A DNA stretch of 64,000 nt, taken from the NCBI RefSeq assembly GCF_009914755.1, contig NC_060928.1; one strand, 5' to 3'. Shown here piece after piece: positions 1-12,145 of the stretch. How positions within the stretch are numbered: position 1 is the stretch's first letter; each line of letters opens with the position of its first letter. This DNA is from the human T2T-CHM13v2.0 reference genome, Homo sapiens. A model generated the notes under the pieces. The model did not search any database, was not told the origin of the DNA, and saw only the letters and a program-made list of their open reading frames with translations. The position numbers and the translations under genes were made by a program.

Positions 1-711
1 TGTCTAATGCTCCCTCCTCTCTCTTCCCACAGAGTCCAGCATGCCAAATTTGGCTTATTTTTAATTAAAATTATAAAAAATGTGGAGAAGATCGGAAGTC
101 ATTGTAATGCTCTAATAATATTACCAAACTTTTATATTGATACCTTGAAATATAGACTTGGTTTCTAGCACAATGTTTAGCAAACAATAAATAGTCAACA
201 AATGTTTTAGTATGTGAATACTTGAATTTAGTTACTATTTATTGAATTTAAGCTATCCCTAGTCTATTAATTTGAAAACTCTGTATCATGTTTTATCCGA
301 GTTTAGTATTTTGTTCAAAAATATTTCTTTACTTGTGCCTCATTAGAAGCAGGAGGATAGGGCACACACTGGAATCTGCTGTGGAATTTCTTTAGTTCTA
401 GCCTCCCTTTTTGCTTCCTTTCCTTCGAGGTCCTGCCACCTCTTTCTTCTCAATTCCGATGTCACCGTTGGTGCCTGGAGGCATCTCCACTTCTGGCTGT
501 CTCACTAGAGAATTCTCTTGTTTCATGGTACATACTCCTTCCCCTGCTTGCCAACCTTGATAAATTCTATGTCAGTAGGAGAAAGTTCAGGTTTTTAATG
601 CCCTCTTTTAAGATGGGTTCATTGAAATGTTAAATGAGTCAGTGATAAACATGCAGAACTAAGACCTAGTCTTTTGGATTGTATCTTTAAAAACTTCTAG
701 AAATTATACTC

Positions 712-792
712 TTATTACTTGTCATCTGATCTTAGAAACACAGAATTTTGTTATTACTTGTCATCTGATCTTAGAAACACAGAATTTTGTTA
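712..792. repeat. Perfect 39-bp tandem duplication
   Basis: ttattacttgtcatctgatcttagaaacacagaattttg at 712-750 and 751-789. Confidence 0.95.
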
Positions 793-860
793 CTGTAAAA
801 AAAAACTTAAGGGAGAAACCATTCTAAACCCTTTGCTCCATTTTTACTTAGCATTTACTT

Positions 861-1126
861 TTATTTATTTATTTATCTATTTATTTACTTATTTTGAGGC
901 AAGGGGTTTGCTCTGTCACCCAGGCTGGAGTGCAGCCTCAGCTTCCCAAGTAGCTGAGATTACAGGTGCACACCACTGAGTCAGGCTAATTTTTTAGTTT
1001 TCATTTTTTGTAGAGACAGGGCTCTCTATGTTGCCAAGGCTGGTCTTGAACTGCTGGGCTCAAGCAATCCTCCCGCCTCGGCCTCCCAAAGTGCTCGGAT
1101 TATAAGCGTGAGCCACTGTGCCTGCC
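861..1126 (-). mobile_element. AluJ-like SINE with internal deletion
   Basis: Reverse Alu sequence with (TTTA)n tail; diverged TSD tagcatttactttt / tagaattcactttt. Confidence 0.9.
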
Positions 1127-1775
1127 TAGAATTCACTTTTAAATGCTGAGCTTGGCATGCATTTGACACCATAACATTCTACAATTCATTTTAATGTTTT
1201 TTTTTTTCTAATTTTGATGTATTTGGACATTAAATATCTACAAACCTAAAAGAAATAATTTTTAGAGACTGAGATATTTTCTATTAAAAAATAGAGCTAA
1301 TGAGAAGTTGAGGTCTAAAGAAAATAAAATAGGATTATGATGCAGAGGCCATTGGTTTTTGTGTTACGGAGGCCAGGGAGGTGAAAAGGGGAGGAGGTTT
1401 AAAAGTGCAGTTTCTGAGCCAGAATCACCAGGTAGTTGATAACTCAGAATGTTCAGTTCAGGATTATATGAATTAATGCAATTAAGCACTTAGAACAGAA
1501 CCTGACACAGAAGAATAAACTCTGATACATTTTAGCTATTATTTAAATGATTTGCCACTCACTTTTAAATTTAATTTTTACATTCCTTTAAACCATGACT
1601 ATTATAATAAGTAGTTCAGATAATTTTTCTTCTTTGAGCCTTATAGAAATGTTTTCTTCTTATACATGTTAAGCCAACTACTAAAGAAATAATTTACCTA
1701 TGTAATCTTATAAAAATTAATTTAACCAAAGAAATGAGAGACCACATGAAAATGGCATTTACATAGGAGAGTTGA

Positions 1776-2091
1776 GGCTGGGTATGGTGGTTCACGCCTA
1801 TAATCCCAGCACTTTGGGAGGCCGAGGTGGGAGGATCACCTGAGGTCAGGAGTTTGAGACCATCCTGGCCAACAGGGTGAAACCCCGTCTCTACTAAAAA
1901 TACCAAAAAAATTAGCCAGGTGTGGTGGCATGTGCCTGTAATACCAACTACTCGGGAGACGGAGGCAGGAGAATCGCTTGAACCTGGGAGGCGGAGGTTG
2001 CACGATGAGTTGAGATTGCACCACTGCATTCCAACCTGGACAACAAGAGCAAAATTCCATCTCAAAAAATTAAATGAATAAATAAATAAAT
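1776..2091 (+). mobile_element. AluS SINE
   Basis: Full-length Alu consensus, A-rich tail, TSD agagttga. Confidence 0.93.
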
Positions 2092-2779
2092 AGAGTTGAA
2101 ATGTTCAGTAGTAAAATTGCAACTCTTTAAATTATTGACAAGGGTGACTACTAATAAACCAAGCTCCTTTTACCCATCTACTTCCTAGGTTTTATTGTAA
2201 TTCAAAATACTTAAAAAAATACATCACTTTTGCATACGTTAATACTTTTGCTAGCCTACGTAAACGTATGTTGAACTCAAAAATGCTCAATTCATCTCAT
2301 CACATTTAGCCAAATCTTAGTGATGGAACATTGGCAGGGCTGTGGATGGGGAGAGCAGGAATATATACATGTATTACTGTTTGCATGTAACTGGGAAATA
2401 ATAATACCTTACATTTGTTTTTTACTTCACAAATTACAAACAGAATTAACCTACATTGTTTGATACTCTTAAATAACTATCTGAGGTAGGCAAAGTAGGA
2501 CATTTCCCTTTTTTACTATTGAAGAAACCTTAAATCCTATTGTTTAGGACTGGAGAGACAGCACGGGAGCTCAGATTTCCTTTTGCCCTGTGCCCGTGTT
2601 CTTCACTCTGCCACCGTCCCTCTCAGAACCCCAAATGTGGACACGATTTAGCCAATATTCTCAAAATGAAGAATTCTGCTTCATCCCATTGTCAGTCCTT
2701 TTATTTGCATCACAACACCCATCTAAAATGAAAATTAAGTTCAGAAAACTCAAATAAGTCTACCAACAAAACCATTTCT

Positions 2780-2899
2780 TTTCTTTTTTAAAAAATTTTA
2801 CTTTAAGTTCTGGGATACATGTGCTGAATGTGCCGGTTTGTTACGTAGGTATACGTGTGCTATGGTGGTTTGCCGCATCTATCAACCTGTCATCCAGGT
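2780..2899 (-). mobile_element. Severely 5'-truncated L1PA 3' end
   Basis: ttttactttaagttctgggatacatgtg... L1 3'UTR; perfect 17-bp TSD ccaacaaaaccatttct (2763-2779 / 2900-2916). Confidence 0.9.
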
Positions 2900-3274
2900 C
2901 CAACAAAACCATTTCTAAATGTCCATTATCCTCCCTTAAAGTGATTTTTGTGAGTGCCAATGTTTTATTTATTTGATCTAAAAGGACATCTAACTTCCCC
3001 AAGATGACCTCCTGTCTCAGGTCTTGACTAAACTTCTTTTTTGCAATCCAGAGCATGCCTGCATGTGCACACACACACAGACGTGTGTATAAAAAGTTTC
3101 ACCAAAACCCCTCAAAATCAACAGAGTCCACCCACAGTGCACTCTGTCTTTCTTTATGCTACTTCATGATTTGAACCATGCTGATTAGCAGTCCATTAGA
3201 TTGAATTTATGACCCGTTTATGCATCGTGACCTACAGTCTGAAATACTGGTTTAGCATTTAATTATTTTAAATA

Positions 3275-3400
3275 AAAAAGCATGGGTCTGGAAATCAGAT
3301 AGATCTGAGTTTGGATTTTTTGCTCTTCCTCTTATAAGTGGTAGTGATCTTTGAGGCAAATCACTTGACTTCTGAGAATTTTAGTGTCATCATCTGTAAA
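3275..3400 (+). mobile_element. MIR fragment
   Basis: Degenerate MIR core (...gatctttgaggcaaatcacttgacttct...catctgtaaa). Confidence 0.6.
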
Positions 3401-5646
3401 GCATAATAAAATATGCTGTAATATAATATATGTAAAATGTAAAATATAATAGTGATTCCTATGTCATTAACATTTCTTATTCTTTCATTCATCAAATATT
3501 TATTTCTCAGCACTCATAACCTCTTCATTTTTCTTGATTTTAGTAAGATTCCGAAGACCAATTTTTACAGTTTTTTCTTCTCCCAGGCAAATGCACTACC
3601 ATATTCAGTGTCATTCTCTATATTTTAGGGATTGCATTATTTAAAAAAAAAAAAAAAAACAACCCTTGATGGGGCTAGACAGGGAGAAAAGATCAGTGGC
3701 CAAAAAGGGAGCTACCATCCGGGGCGCTAGACGGGACTCCGCTATGGATGAAGTGGAGATCCTGGTGTGGACTATATAGAGTGACATCTTCAAAGTATTC
3801 TTATTCTAGCCCTTTTTCACTATGAAATAATCGATAACCTGAACAGCCAAATTCCAGATCTCATTGTAAATATTTTTAAGTTAATGAAGGCTTAGTAAAT
3901 ACCACATTAAATTATCATTTGGGAATTTAAAAGAAACCCTTGAAGATCTGAGAATAACTAATAAAACAGATATACTCTTGGATCACCTATAGTTTGATTT
4001 ACTTTGTTAAATCAGAAACCTGTGGAGACCAGCCAAGGACACAGTCAGTTCAGTTAAATGTGTCTGACAAAGATGGCGCATTGTGTGCTTTGCTTTTCCT
4101 GATCTTCATAAAAAACTAAATCCTTAATCCCACCGCAGTGAATAAGTACCCTTGGTTTAGAGAAGCCGCTGTGGAAGAGAAGGGAAAAGTGCAGATAAAA
4201 GATATATGGGCGTAAGGACTGAGAAGGGATAGAGAACATGTAAATGTGTCATTTTCATTTTTAATTGGATTTTTTCTTCATTGTATAGATTATTTCTTTT
4301 GCCAATGTCATTTATATTAATGGCACAGTGAAACTGCAGTAATATTTCACATCTATTTGTATCTACATTTATGGCACGTATTTCATCTTGAGAAGAGTTC
4401 TTGGCTTGGGGGAATCTTGACACTGAAGTCCATTCAGAGTGGTGGTGAGGACTGAGAGGACAAGTTGCACTTTCCTTCACAATTACTGCCTTTGGATGTG
4501 CCCATTTTCTCTCTATCTCTTTCTTCTAACCTCTTTCAAAAACTTTCAAGAACTCATATATTTTAATTGCCTTCTCCAAAATATTTACATTTTCATACAA
4601 TTAAAGATGTTATATAAGTTAGTTGTACTTTTCTGATATGCAAAAGACAGACTGTGAAACTCTTCATTCAACATGTGCCGTATGCAAAGCAGGGCAGACA
4701 GAGATCTGAAAATTAAATCATTGACAATATATGCTACTGTGTAGTTGATTTTCAGTTGTTTAATAATAAGTATTTGGGGGCCAAATATTTATCGGGACAA
4801 AAATTACATAATGTGTCCTTTACTTCTCCCTTAGAACCTAGCACTGAGAGCTGAGCACTTAGTGGGTACCTAGCAAATGCTTATGGATTAACAAATAAAT
4901 TTGTATTAATTATGAATTTATAATAAGGTGAAAAACAGTTTGATGGATGATGATGCAAACATTTAACCTTCATGTAAGTTTAGCCATATCTTCTTGAATC
5001 TGTTCCTCAACTTTTCCAAATGGACTCCTCTGTGGTTTTTCTGTATATGTCAGAAACACTCAAATGGTTCCATGAAAATTTTTATTGGCTATCTGTTCTA
5101 CCTGGGGTCATCCACTAGCTTTATATGATCACAGAAAGGCAGTCAATGGGGAAAGTATTTCATAAAATCAGCAAGAGAAGTAGTGAACAGAGCTTATTAT
5201 AAATCTGATTATGAACAAAATGTTAAAATATTGCTTTATAAAATTTGATAGAAGTGCTGAACAAAAAAGATAACTTTGTTTTTTAGGATTGATTAATGTG
5301 CACATGGTTGTTTCAGTGTAGCATTACCATCTTTTTTTAAAATCTACCTGATATTTTTAGCCATTTTAATGGTATTATATAGAAATAGCATTATTCTGAA
5401 GTTGTGGTATCAAAGATGATATCATGTCTGGAACTCACAGATCTGCAAAGCCCAATATCTTGCTCACAATAAGAGCTCAATAAATATTTGCTGATTGTTT
5501 CAAAAAACTAAGTACATATTATTTTATCAAAATTAACTTACATAAAGTCAGTATCAATGACTTATCAATAGTATCCTGCTTTAGTTGTTTCCCATTTGGT
5601 ATGCAGTATATATAAAATTGAGAGATATTTAAATCATTGCTAGAAA

Positions 5647-5689
5647 TATAACCTGACACAGTGAAACTATAACCTGACACAGTGAAACT
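5647..5689. repeat. 21-bp tandem duplication
   Basis: tataacctgacacagtgaaac x2. Confidence 0.9.
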
Positions 5690-7085
5690 GATAGATATGT
5701 AGAACATTGCTGGCAGTGAATCTATACCTTGATGCAGCTTCCCCAAATTATAATGTTAAAATTATTCCCTCATAAATTTACATTTCAGTAGAAGACTGTT
5801 AGATAGCACATCTCTGAACTATAAATCTGATCATATTACATATCATTGTCATGTCTTTTGCCTCTAAATTTGGAGACCCTATCAAGAATATCAAGATTGT
5901 CTTTGTTCTCTGACTCTAGCATCATAATAAGATCATTTTATTGACTGATTTCAATTCGGTGGTCAGGAATTAACAATGAAATATTATTATTATTACTATT
6001 AAATGTCACAGTGTAAGAAGGACAGTTTCTATAACCTTCATATTTAGTACAACTTTTTCTTTTTTTACATTCTGAGTATGACTCACAGTCATTCTTAGAT
6101 AAGTACTCTTCTATAACAATCTACATAATGTAAATAATTTCTATATTCCATTTCAAAATCCAAAAACATTTATGATTAGCTTCTGAGATTATTTATGAAA
6201 TAACATTTTGTAGCATTACTTGGGTCTATATGATATGTGTAAAACAGTGTATTTCAATTTGCATGTGAAAAATGTTAAATTATTCAGTATCAATATTAGA
6301 ATACCGTCTGTATAAGACAAGTGGGCTATGGAAGCTAATAATTGGCACCATGTACCAGCTGCTAAACTGTCACTTTATTTCCATTGCTCTGTTTAAGCCT
6401 TACTACTGTGTCAGTTGAAGACTTTAATCCTTGTTTTGAAGATGAAGAAACTAATATTTATTCTATTTTTCAGGTTGAATTAATATTTTCCTCTTGAAAA
6501 TTTGTTCTTGATTTTTAAAATCATATTAATTTTCTTCTAAGTTTTTTCCAAATTGTTGGTCAGTATTTTGAGTCACTGAGTAGCTAGTTGGAGTGAGTTA
6601 GTTATAATATTAATCAAGGTATAACTGTTGTCTGTAAATCCCAGGAGGTGGGGAGTACATCTTCGTAAGTGTGAAAAGCGCTTAGCAGAGTGCTGCTTTG
6701 AGATACAAAAGGACTGAAAAAATATAAAGCTGTACATGTCCCAGAAAGTGTACAGAATTTTATTTTGTGCCAGTACAATAAATGGTATAAAATTGTTCTC
6801 TTTAAGTCATTTAAAAAATTTAGAGATTTCTTCGTTTAAAAAAACTGTTGAAATGAAGTTGCCAAAATCCATGTTTCTAATGAATACTTACCTTATTGCC
6901 TCTCTGAATCAAAAACACTGAAATTAGTCTCTCTTAAATTAATAGATTCAAGATTCTAATGCAAAAAGGAAAAAAAAGAAGAGATCAGAGTCTGTCTGTT
7001 CTCTGGGTTATATGCTTGAGTAGGATCAGGGCACTATTTTCCTCATTACTTCACTTCTTAAAGCCTTGTTTGTTTCTTCTCTCAG

Positions 7086-7184
7086 AATGGACTCAACGCT
7101 CTCCATCTGGCTGCCAAGGAAGGCCACGTGGGGCTGGTGCAGGAGCTGCTGGGAAGAGGGTCCTCTGTGGATTCTGCCACTAAG
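7086..7184 (+). CDS. ANK2: Ankyrin-B coding exon (~exon 3), one ANK repeat: [33 protein letters not shown]
   Basis: Pyrimidine tract + ctcag acceptor; 99 nt open in phase 0; AAG|gtaaca donor; peptide matches ankyrin-B as I recall it. Confidence 0.97.
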
Positions 7185-7247
7185 GTAACATTTATGTTGG
7201 TAGAACATTTTTTTCCTTAGAAAAGCGAAAATAATTTAAAGCTTTTC

Positions 7248-7535
7248 ATTTTTATTTATTTTTTAGACAAGGTCTCTTTCTGTTGCCCAGGAAGTAGTGC
7301 AGTGGTACAATCACGGCTCACCGAAACCTCCACCTCCTGGGCTCAAGTGACCCTCCCAACTCAGCTGCCTGAGTAGCTGAGACTACAGGCGTGCGCCACC
7401 ATGCCCAGCTAATTAAAAAAAATTTTTTTAGTATAAATGAGGTCTTGCTATGTTGCCTTCCTGGGCTCTAGCGATCCTCCTGCCTCAGCCTCCCAAAGTG
7501 CTGGGATTATAGGCGTGAACCACCACACCTCACCC
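7248..7535 (-). mobile_element. AluJ-like SINE ~65 bp downstream of the 7086 exon
   Basis: Reverse Alu consensus. Confidence 0.9.
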
Positions 7536-8605
7536 ACTTAAAGCTTCTTTTCCCTCTCGTACATTTCAGAGGTTGGCTAGAACACCAAGATTCTTAACCT
7601 GCAGAATTAAAATTAAAACCCCCTCCATTAAACTCTGCAGAGTGAATTGTTTCATTTAAGGACTTATGGGACATCAGTCTGAAAAATCTGTAAACCTAGT
7701 TTATAAAATTTTATCTTTCCCCCTTCGATTCACAGAGGATGAGATTAACATAATCCTTTGTAGACAATAGCACCTGTTTTCCTACGGTTAACTCATTGTT
7801 TAAAAATAAACCCATGTGGGAAACTTCTCTATGGAAAAGAACAAGTAATTTTAAATGTATACATTCAGTTTGGTATGAGACTATGCAGAATCGTTTATAC
7901 TCTAATAAGAAAAGAGATTTTGGGTCATGGATTGAATTGTTAGGGCAATATTAGATTTTATCATCATAATGTGTTTGGTAAGGAAATTGGACTCATTTTA
8001 AAAGAAATGCACGGGACGCTTGGCAAACCAGAAACTGTTCCTTGATGCTGCTTTTGCTAAAACATATTTGAACTTGTCGAGGATTCATTTCATAAACAAC
8101 AGACATTTAAAAAACTATTATGAATGGCAACAATCTTTGCCTTTGGAAGGTAAAATTTTATTTGGAAAAATACAGTGCTAATCAGAGCCAAGTCTGCTGA
8201 CCAAGCCTTGAATGTGATAATATGGCTGTGGAAGATGTAGAGAGAGAAGTCAGGCACTCTGGTCTCTAGATGGGACACTAGTCTAATCTGGAGTAAACAA
8301 ACAAACAAAAAAGTACAAGAATAAATTAAAAACATGGCCAGTTAACGTGGATTTCCAATGCCTCATGCATAATTGACAAAATGTGCATTGGTTCTGCTTG
8401 TAGTATAGTAAACAGCAATTCTAGCAGAAATTAAAAAACAAAACAAACTAACAACTGGCAATTCCACAGAAGTAAACATGTGAATTCACTATATGCAATA
8501 AATTTCTTACTTCGAACATAAAGAGGGAGTAAACATTTTTATAAGCATTTCTCTCTGGCACATCAAATACATTTTAAACAAATATTTAAAGAATATCTAT
8601 TTGAA

Positions 8606-8700
8606 GCCCAGTGTGCTGGCTCACATCTGTAATCCCAGCTACTTTGGAGGCTGTAGCAAGAGGAGCACTCACAGGAGCCTAGGAGTTTGAGGCTGCCACT
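8606..8700 (+). mobile_element. Alu monomer/FLAM-like fragment, followed by a short L1 piece to ~8770
   Basis: gctcacatctgtaatcccagctactttggaggctg...; then tagccattctgactggtatgagatgg. Confidence 0.65.
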
Positions 8701-9728
8701 GTACAACCCCACCATCTATTATTTTTTGTCTTTTTAGTAATAGCCATTCTGACTGGTATGAGATGGTGTATAGTTGCCCATGTTAATATAGTGTATTCAT
8801 TAAGCCAATTATTTTTGCCTGCTTAAGTGTTTATTACTATTTTTGTTTTTCTTTTCTTCTAAACTCTGTTGATATTTTAAAAATTAGGCTTACTTTTAAT
8901 CATAGAATTGTAGAATTTCCTGGAAAAGAATCTCACTTAAACAGAAAAAAACTGAAGCCCCCAAATATTAAGTGAGTGGCTAATGCTCCCACAGTGAGCT
9001 GGAGACAGAAAGAGAACTAGAGTCCAAACTTTATGGCTTGGAATCTACTGGTTTCTGGTTTTTTTTTCTTTTTGTTATTTATTTTAATCACATCATAGGT
9101 ATTTTTAATCTCTTGGCCTTTATTTTCACAAAAGGTTTAAATTATTTTTCATTGGTGTTAGTGTTGTGGCTGGTAAATTTTGATGTAGCAAATGGTAGAA
9201 AATCATTGGTACTGTTATGATTTATGTAAAATTTATTTTTCTTATTCCCAACATATTCTCAAGTGCCCCAGTAGCTGCAAACATAACTATAAGCAGCTCG
9301 TTTCTCTACCACTAAAAATTCCTAGGTTTCTTTGCAAGGTGAAAGAAACTCAATGTTTCAGTAAACCTTTTTTTAGTTAATATTTCTTTGCAATAGGATT
9401 CTTTAGTTGTTAATTAAATTGCATGAATCTCATGAGATATTGACACATACACACACCCCCCACAAATTTTTGATTCATTGAAAATACAGTCATTCCGTGT
9501 TAACACTAAACCAATATTGTGAAAATAGAAAAGGAAGACACTATATGAGGTGGCCAATTTTTTTTTTTGATGGTAAAAAATAATCTCTTCGTAAGTGGGC
9601 TACTATCTTGATAAATAACAAATTTTAATCGGTTAAAGTGATTAGTGAAGTTGAAAAATGCCTGCACATTTTGATTTCTGCAAAATTCAGAAACCTTGAA
9701 CATTTTCTATTTTGTTTCTCCAAAACAG

Positions 9729-9827
9729 AAGGGAAATACCGCTCTTCACATTGCATCTTTGGCTGGACAAGCAGAAGTTGTCAAAGTTCTTGTTAAGGAA
9801 GGAGCCAATATTAATGCACAGTCTCAG
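9729..9827 (+). CDS. ANK2: Ankyrin-B coding exon (~exon 4): [33 protein letters not shown]
   Basis: aaaacag acceptor, 99 nt, CAG|gtattc donor, ANK consensus GxTALHxA. Confidence 0.97.
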
Positions 9828-11064
9828 GTATTCCATTCAGATTTTCCCTGATGTACATACATTTAAATTAGAACAGTTTTGTGAAATTGATTTAATGTGT
9901 TTAGCTAGCTGTTCTACTGATAAATTTATTATAAGTGCTTTGTTATTTATTTTAGCCAAATAATTTTATTAACCTTTATGATGAAGCTTATTTTTTCAAC
10001 ATATAATCTCCCTTTTAATGTAACTTAACACTGGAAAAATGTAAGTCTATCATTGTCTCTAAGTATTTTTCAAAAGAATATAAAGTGATTTTTTTCAGAA
10101 TGACAGTGACATCTGTGAAATATGAATTATTCATGCAAGTTTCGTGTTACTCTATAAAAGTATTCTCTTTCCGTAAATTTAAAATATACTTGAAAGATTT
10201 ACATTCCAGTGGAAAATCTGCCATAAGGTGGGAATAACACTACTTTGGTCAGTTTACACCCCTAATGTGAGCTTTACTAATAATAAATAGGAAATGTATG
10301 GTTTTAAAATGAAATTAAGAAAAAATTAAACAATAATTATTTAATCAAAATTATACTATAAGCTTGATCCCTTTTTTTTTCTGGTGGAAAAGGGGAGAAA
10401 ATGTTGTTTTGCCCAAAGCTTTACTCTTGATATCTATTATATCATGTACGCATGTGGGGATTGAGAAATATATCTTTATAATAAAATTCATTCTCTCTAT
10501 TTTTAGGGTTTTCTCCTTTGCCTTTCTGATAACACAGACTATATCATGGAGGATATTAGCAAAATAAGCCAGCTCTGTTCCATCTATTCTTTGGGATAAC
10601 CTCACCAGGTTGCCTTTGAAGGCCATTGTGTAGGAATATGTATTAACTGTATAGTTCATTCATTAATTACCTAGGCATGGCTCTAGTTCTATAGATGGCA
10701 CAAGTTCTGGACCTAGAAAATACAAAAGGCAATGGTTAAATCAGCCCTATTTTCTTTGATTTTAATTTTGGGAAAAATCTGTTGAAATTATGATAGATAA
10801 GACATTATTTTTATCTTTGTAATATCATGCTATTTTAATTAGTCATGTTTTTTTCCTTACAACTCAAACCTTCAGTTGGATGCACATCAATGTTTTAATA
10901 TGTATTGAGAATATGCCTTAGTCTAAAACCCTTATTAGATGAAATTTTTATAATTTGGTACCATCTGTAAAGAACATCTGTATATTTTATAAAGTATAAC
11001 AGCATTTTAGGCTTGGAGAGAAAGGTCCCTGCAGAAGCTACTGCTCCACCTAAGTGATTCAAAA

Positions 11065-11905
11065 CTTTTCTTTTTCAAACTTTATTTTACTTAGATTCAA
11101 GGGGTACATGTGCACGTTTGTTACATGGGTATATTATGTAATCAAATAGTGAACATTGTACCCAATAGGTAATTTTTCAACCTTCAGTCCCTTCTCCCCC
11201 TCCCCACTTTTAGAGTCCCTAGTATCTATTATTTCCATCTTTATGTCCATGTGAACTCATTGTTTAGCTCTCACTTCTAAATGAGAACATGCTGTATTTG
11301 ACTTTCTGTTTCTGAGTTATTTCATGTAGGATAATGGCCCCCAGCTCCATCCATGTTGCTGCAAAGGATGTAATTTCATTCTCTTTTATAGCTGCCTAGC
11401 ATTCCATGGTGTATATGTACCACATTTTCTTTATCCCGTCAACCATTGATGAACACTTAGGTTGATTCCATGACTTTGCTATTGTGAATAATGCTGCAAT
11501 AAACATAAGGGTGCAGGTGTCGCATGTTCTCACTCATAGGTGGGAATTGAACAATGAGAACACATGGACACAAGGCGGGGAACATCACACGCCGGGGCCT
11601 GTCAGGGGGTGGGGGGCTAGGGGAGGGATAGTATTAGGGGAAATACCTAATGTAGATGACGGGTTGATGGGTGCAGCAAACCAATATGGTACATGTACAC
11701 CCATGTAACAAACCTGCATGTTGTGCACATATATCCTAGAACTTAAAGTATAATAATAATAAACAAAAGAGTGAAGGTGTCGTTTTGACGTAACGATTTC
11801 TTTTCCTTTGGGTAAATACCCAAAGTGGTATTGCTTTGGGTATTTACCCAAAGCAGTAGGGGGATTGCTGGGTCTAATGGTAGTTACGTTTTTAGTTTTT
11901 TGAGC
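11065..11905 (-). mobile_element. Older L1 (L1PB/L1MA-like) 3' end, interrupted by a younger L1PA
   Basis: L1 3'UTR reverse sequence 11065-11520, resuming at 11781. Confidence 0.85.
11521..11766 (+). mobile_element. L1PA 3' end nested in opposite orientation
   Basis: catgttctcactcataggtgggaattgaacaatgagaac...agaacttaaagtataataat; diverged TSD aagggtgcaggtgt / aagagtgaaggtgt. Confidence 0.9.
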
Positions 11906-11960
11906 TATCCCAATGCTGGAAAACCTTTCTTTATATCAAGAGAACATCTTTTTGCTTTAG

Positions 11961-12145
11961 ACAGAGGTTTTCAAACTTTAGTCTGCATCATAACCACCTG
12001 CACGGCTTGTTGAAACCCATGTTTCTAGGCTCCTCCCCAGGGTTTCTGATTCAGTTCTGGAGTGGAGCTGGGCAATTTTCATTTTTTACAAGTTCTCAGA
12101 TGATGCTAATGCTACTAGTCCAGGGACCACATTTCTGAACTATGG
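11961..12145 (-). mobile_element. MER5A-like hAT-Charlie DNA transposon
   Basis: caaacttt..tgcatca..gtttctgattcag..gatgctaatgct..ccagggaccaca pattern. Confidence 0.75.

Noticed and set aside
712-792. 39-bp direct repeat as a CRISPR-like array
   Set aside because: Only two adjacent copies, no spacers, eukaryotic intron
1694-2065. 123-aa ORF and similar ORFs at 15732, 32066, 43774, 46439, 56562 and 62182
   Set aside because: Translations of Alu sequence (SWDYR/GITG-type peptides), not genes
3712-3730. CTCF- or REST-like motif taccatccggggcgctag
   Set aside because: Mismatches at core positions of both consensus motifs
6645-6664. Possible 20-nt exon (cccag|GAGGTG...CTTC|gtaagt)
   Set aside because: Good donor but poor pyrimidine tract, frameshifting and no supporting motifs; such matches arise by chance
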